Source: Neoechinorhynchus agilis
Taxonomy: Eukaryota > Animalia > Acanthocephala
Assembly: GCA_051530055.1 (NCBI GenBank)
Contig: CM121343.1
Coordinates: 1,892,389-1,956,388, forward strand
Reading direction: 5' to 3'
Length of the DNA stretch: 64,000 nt
Shown here piece by piece: positions 61,501-64,000 of the stretch. The notes under the pieces are model-generated. The model ran no database searches. It worked only from the letters and a program-made list of their open reading frames with translations, and was not told the origin of the DNA. The position numbers and the translations under genes are program-made. Each line of letters starts with the position of its first letter. The first letter of the stretch is position 1.

Positions 61501-64000
61501 AAAGGACGAATTAAACGACTACATTAAATACTCGATAGAGTAAAGGACTCAAGCTTGCATCTTAAATCAATCGATTTGGTGCAGCCTATAACAATTTAAC
61601 GATAGGAATTTCACATCGTTATGCCTTTTTCGTGTATTTGAGTCACCATTACGATCCTCCCAAAATGGGATAAAAAGCGACAGTACGGAAAGATAGAAGA
61701 TTTTAGAACTAACGCGAATGCTTATATGTAAGCTTTATCAACAAACTAATTGATAATTTTCAGTTTTGTGTGTAAAGATCCTTTTTCGGATAAGGTGAAA
61801 TGATTTTTTATCTGCTTGGTTCAGTCATCTCGTGGACTAATCAAAAACAACAACAGTAAATATACAAAATTAAGAATGTTCACCCTGAGAAACCACCAAC
61901 GTCACTTACCGTAGGGCAAACCAATCGTAATTGCCTCCTGCGTACTTTTATATTCTCCGATTCCCTGAGCGTTAATAGCGGCGACTCTAAACTCATATGA
62001 ATGCCCATTGTTAAGACCAGTAACAGTGCATTTGCATTCCTAAACGTAGCTTGTATTAACAAATCGAAAAGTCGTATTTGGGTGGACATCACCTTAGTAC
62101 TGTTCGGTACGAGGGTCCAATCACTATCGGCCTCATTAATATCTCTTTTTTCGACTGCATAATTTGTTATCTTAGAACCGCCATTATCATTTGGCCGTTG
62201 CCATGTTATTGTGCACTCCGACTTGCCAATGTCCGTGACAGCTAGCGGTCCCTGAACCTTTCCTGGTACGTCATGTACATTTAGATTAAAGGGAGCATTC
62301 AAGTTGCCCGAATCGCCAGCGATATTCAAAATATATGCTCCGGCATCAGCGCGACATGCATCGTCCATTGAAACAGTAACAGTTCCGTCGATTTCAATCA
62401 CCTTGATCTCATTTCCCAAGCGAACTGTTTCGCCATCTTTAGTTAGTTTAAACGTAAAAGGTCCTTCTCCACGCACTGGCAGCTTCATTCTAAAGGTTTC
62501 ATGAGCACTCACGGACTGGTCCTTTGTGTATTCATCGACTTTTAGGGGTTCTGCATTGCAATGCTTTTAATGGCAATTAACAGCATTTAATAGACTGACC
62601 TTTCAATCTAACAAAGCATTCACTTCTCGCGTTACCAAATGGGTTCTTGAGCTCGCAACAAATGCTTGATCTGTCATCGCTTTCCCATACATCTGATATG
62701 CGTAGTGTTGATGAGTTATCCCCTTTTTCTAGTGAATATCTCAATCCGGGCGTTATCATTATTCCGTTTTTGAACCTAAATCATGAGCGCTTCATCTGTC
62801 GTCAATACCAAAAAACCAACCATGTAACTTCAGGAGCAGGCAACGCTTCAAACTTGACCGAAAATACGCTAGGTTGATTAACTAATATTTCCTGATCTTT
62901 CAATGATTCAATAAATTCAGGTTTGCAACCGTCTAAATGAGCGCACTTATTGTTGGAGGCGGCGTTGAAAATCACTCGTACTCGAAAATTGAGTTATTCG
63001 TATAGGTGCCGTCGATAAACTAGCTTCAGATTCCCCGGCATCATTAAGTGCCTTTAAGCGGAACTCTTGCAGCGAATATTCGGGAAGCCCACGGATAGAG
63101 ACGACATCAGTTAGATCTTCGGCTCTTATTGTATCACCCGTTTTCCAATCTGCGTCCGTCGGACTCTTGTATTCAATTTTATAGCTTGTTACTGGATAAC
63201 CAGGCGATTCAATGGGTACGTCCCAGTTTAATGATACAAAATCCTTGCCTACATCCACTATATTTGGCTTGTTTGGTTTAAGCGGTTTCTCTAGTTTTAA
63301 TGATTGAATCACAAATGCAATTTTATTTAATGGTACATACTTATTGATTCCTTCGTCATGGCATCCCTGTCTAATTCAGTAGGCTCACTGAATCCCGCTT
63401 CATTTTTTGCTTTTATTCGGAATTCATAGATCACCCCTGGGACTAGGTTTTCAACTATACTGAGATTCTTTAAATTTACAAAAGTAAGACGTTTAAATAC
63501 CTTTGACTTCGCTAACTCTCGGCTGAACATGTTGAATAGGCATCCAAACTTCCTCGCCCTTTTTTCTCATATCTATGACATATTCCGATATTTTTGAGCC
63601 TCCATCGCTTCTTGGTCGTGCCCAAGACAAATCGATCGATTGTAAATCGCTTGACGTAGCTTTAAAATCCAACGGTTTTTCAGGTGAGGCTAAAGAAGCA
63701 ATTTAACCTCGAGTGTAGTTCAAACTACTCTTACAGAAAGGAAAACGCGCTACAATTGGATCGGACATTTGTAGTGGTTCTGATAGACCGCACAAGTTTT
63801 CTGCGAATACTCGGAATTTATACTGGTGTCCAGGTTCTAGATCCGAAACTTCGAACGATGTGCTTTTGCAAGTTTTAGAAATTGACTCCCAAAAGTCGGG
63901 ATTATTCAGGTCAGTCATCTCAATAACATAATTGGTAATGCTTTCACCTCCGTCATGCTAGCACAGAAAATGTTACCACAAATTATTTCGGTTAAAATTA
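55546..64000 (-). CDS. unc-22: Twitchin/projectin-like giant muscle protein, 3' part (Fn3/Ig repeats, kinase domain, C-terminal Ig domains); continues beyond the window
   Basis: Many Fn3 (WxxP..DGGS.I..Y..E) and Ig exons; kinase segment EFAAPEVLEEKPVGFYTDMWAVG closely matches twitchin; short introns plus larger ones at about 58754-59078 and 61349-61909; 3' end provisional. Confidence 0.9.

Noticed and set aside
1-64000. Prokaryotic operons, rRNA, telomeric repeats, intact LTRs
   Set aside because: None seen.

Overview
AT-rich eukaryotic genomic DNA from an invertebrate animal. Evidence: a protostome-type cytoplasmic intermediate filament, a twitchin-like muscle gene, and GT-AG introns mostly 40-60 nt long. 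A spiralian, possibly parasitic, source is inference only. Recognisable host genes: an intronless cytoplasmic IF, a divergent dynein light chain, a 4-exon sphingomyelin-synthase-family gene, a ubiquitin-like-domain protein, two PEBP exon copies and the 3' part of a twitchin/projectin gene whose kinase is degenerate. About half the window is nested, decayed retroelement DNA: Penelope-like elements (PLEs) with hammerhead ribozymes (HHRs), ORF1/APE/RT LINEs, CRE-like RLE elements, a Ty3/gypsy relic and a Helitron scrap. Main novelties: (1) a tRNA-headed SINE-like family with an HHR core whose three strands lie in a non-canonical order; (2) two independent pairs of duplicated small membrane-protein genes whose differences are almost all non-synonymous and concentrated in and around the TM segment, while flanks are nearly identical; (3) repeated loss of the CpG at the HHR catalytic core; (4) a twitchin pseudokinase; (5) an SMS with Phe at the head-group selectivity position. 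All alignments, counts and folds were done by eye and need computational confirmation.
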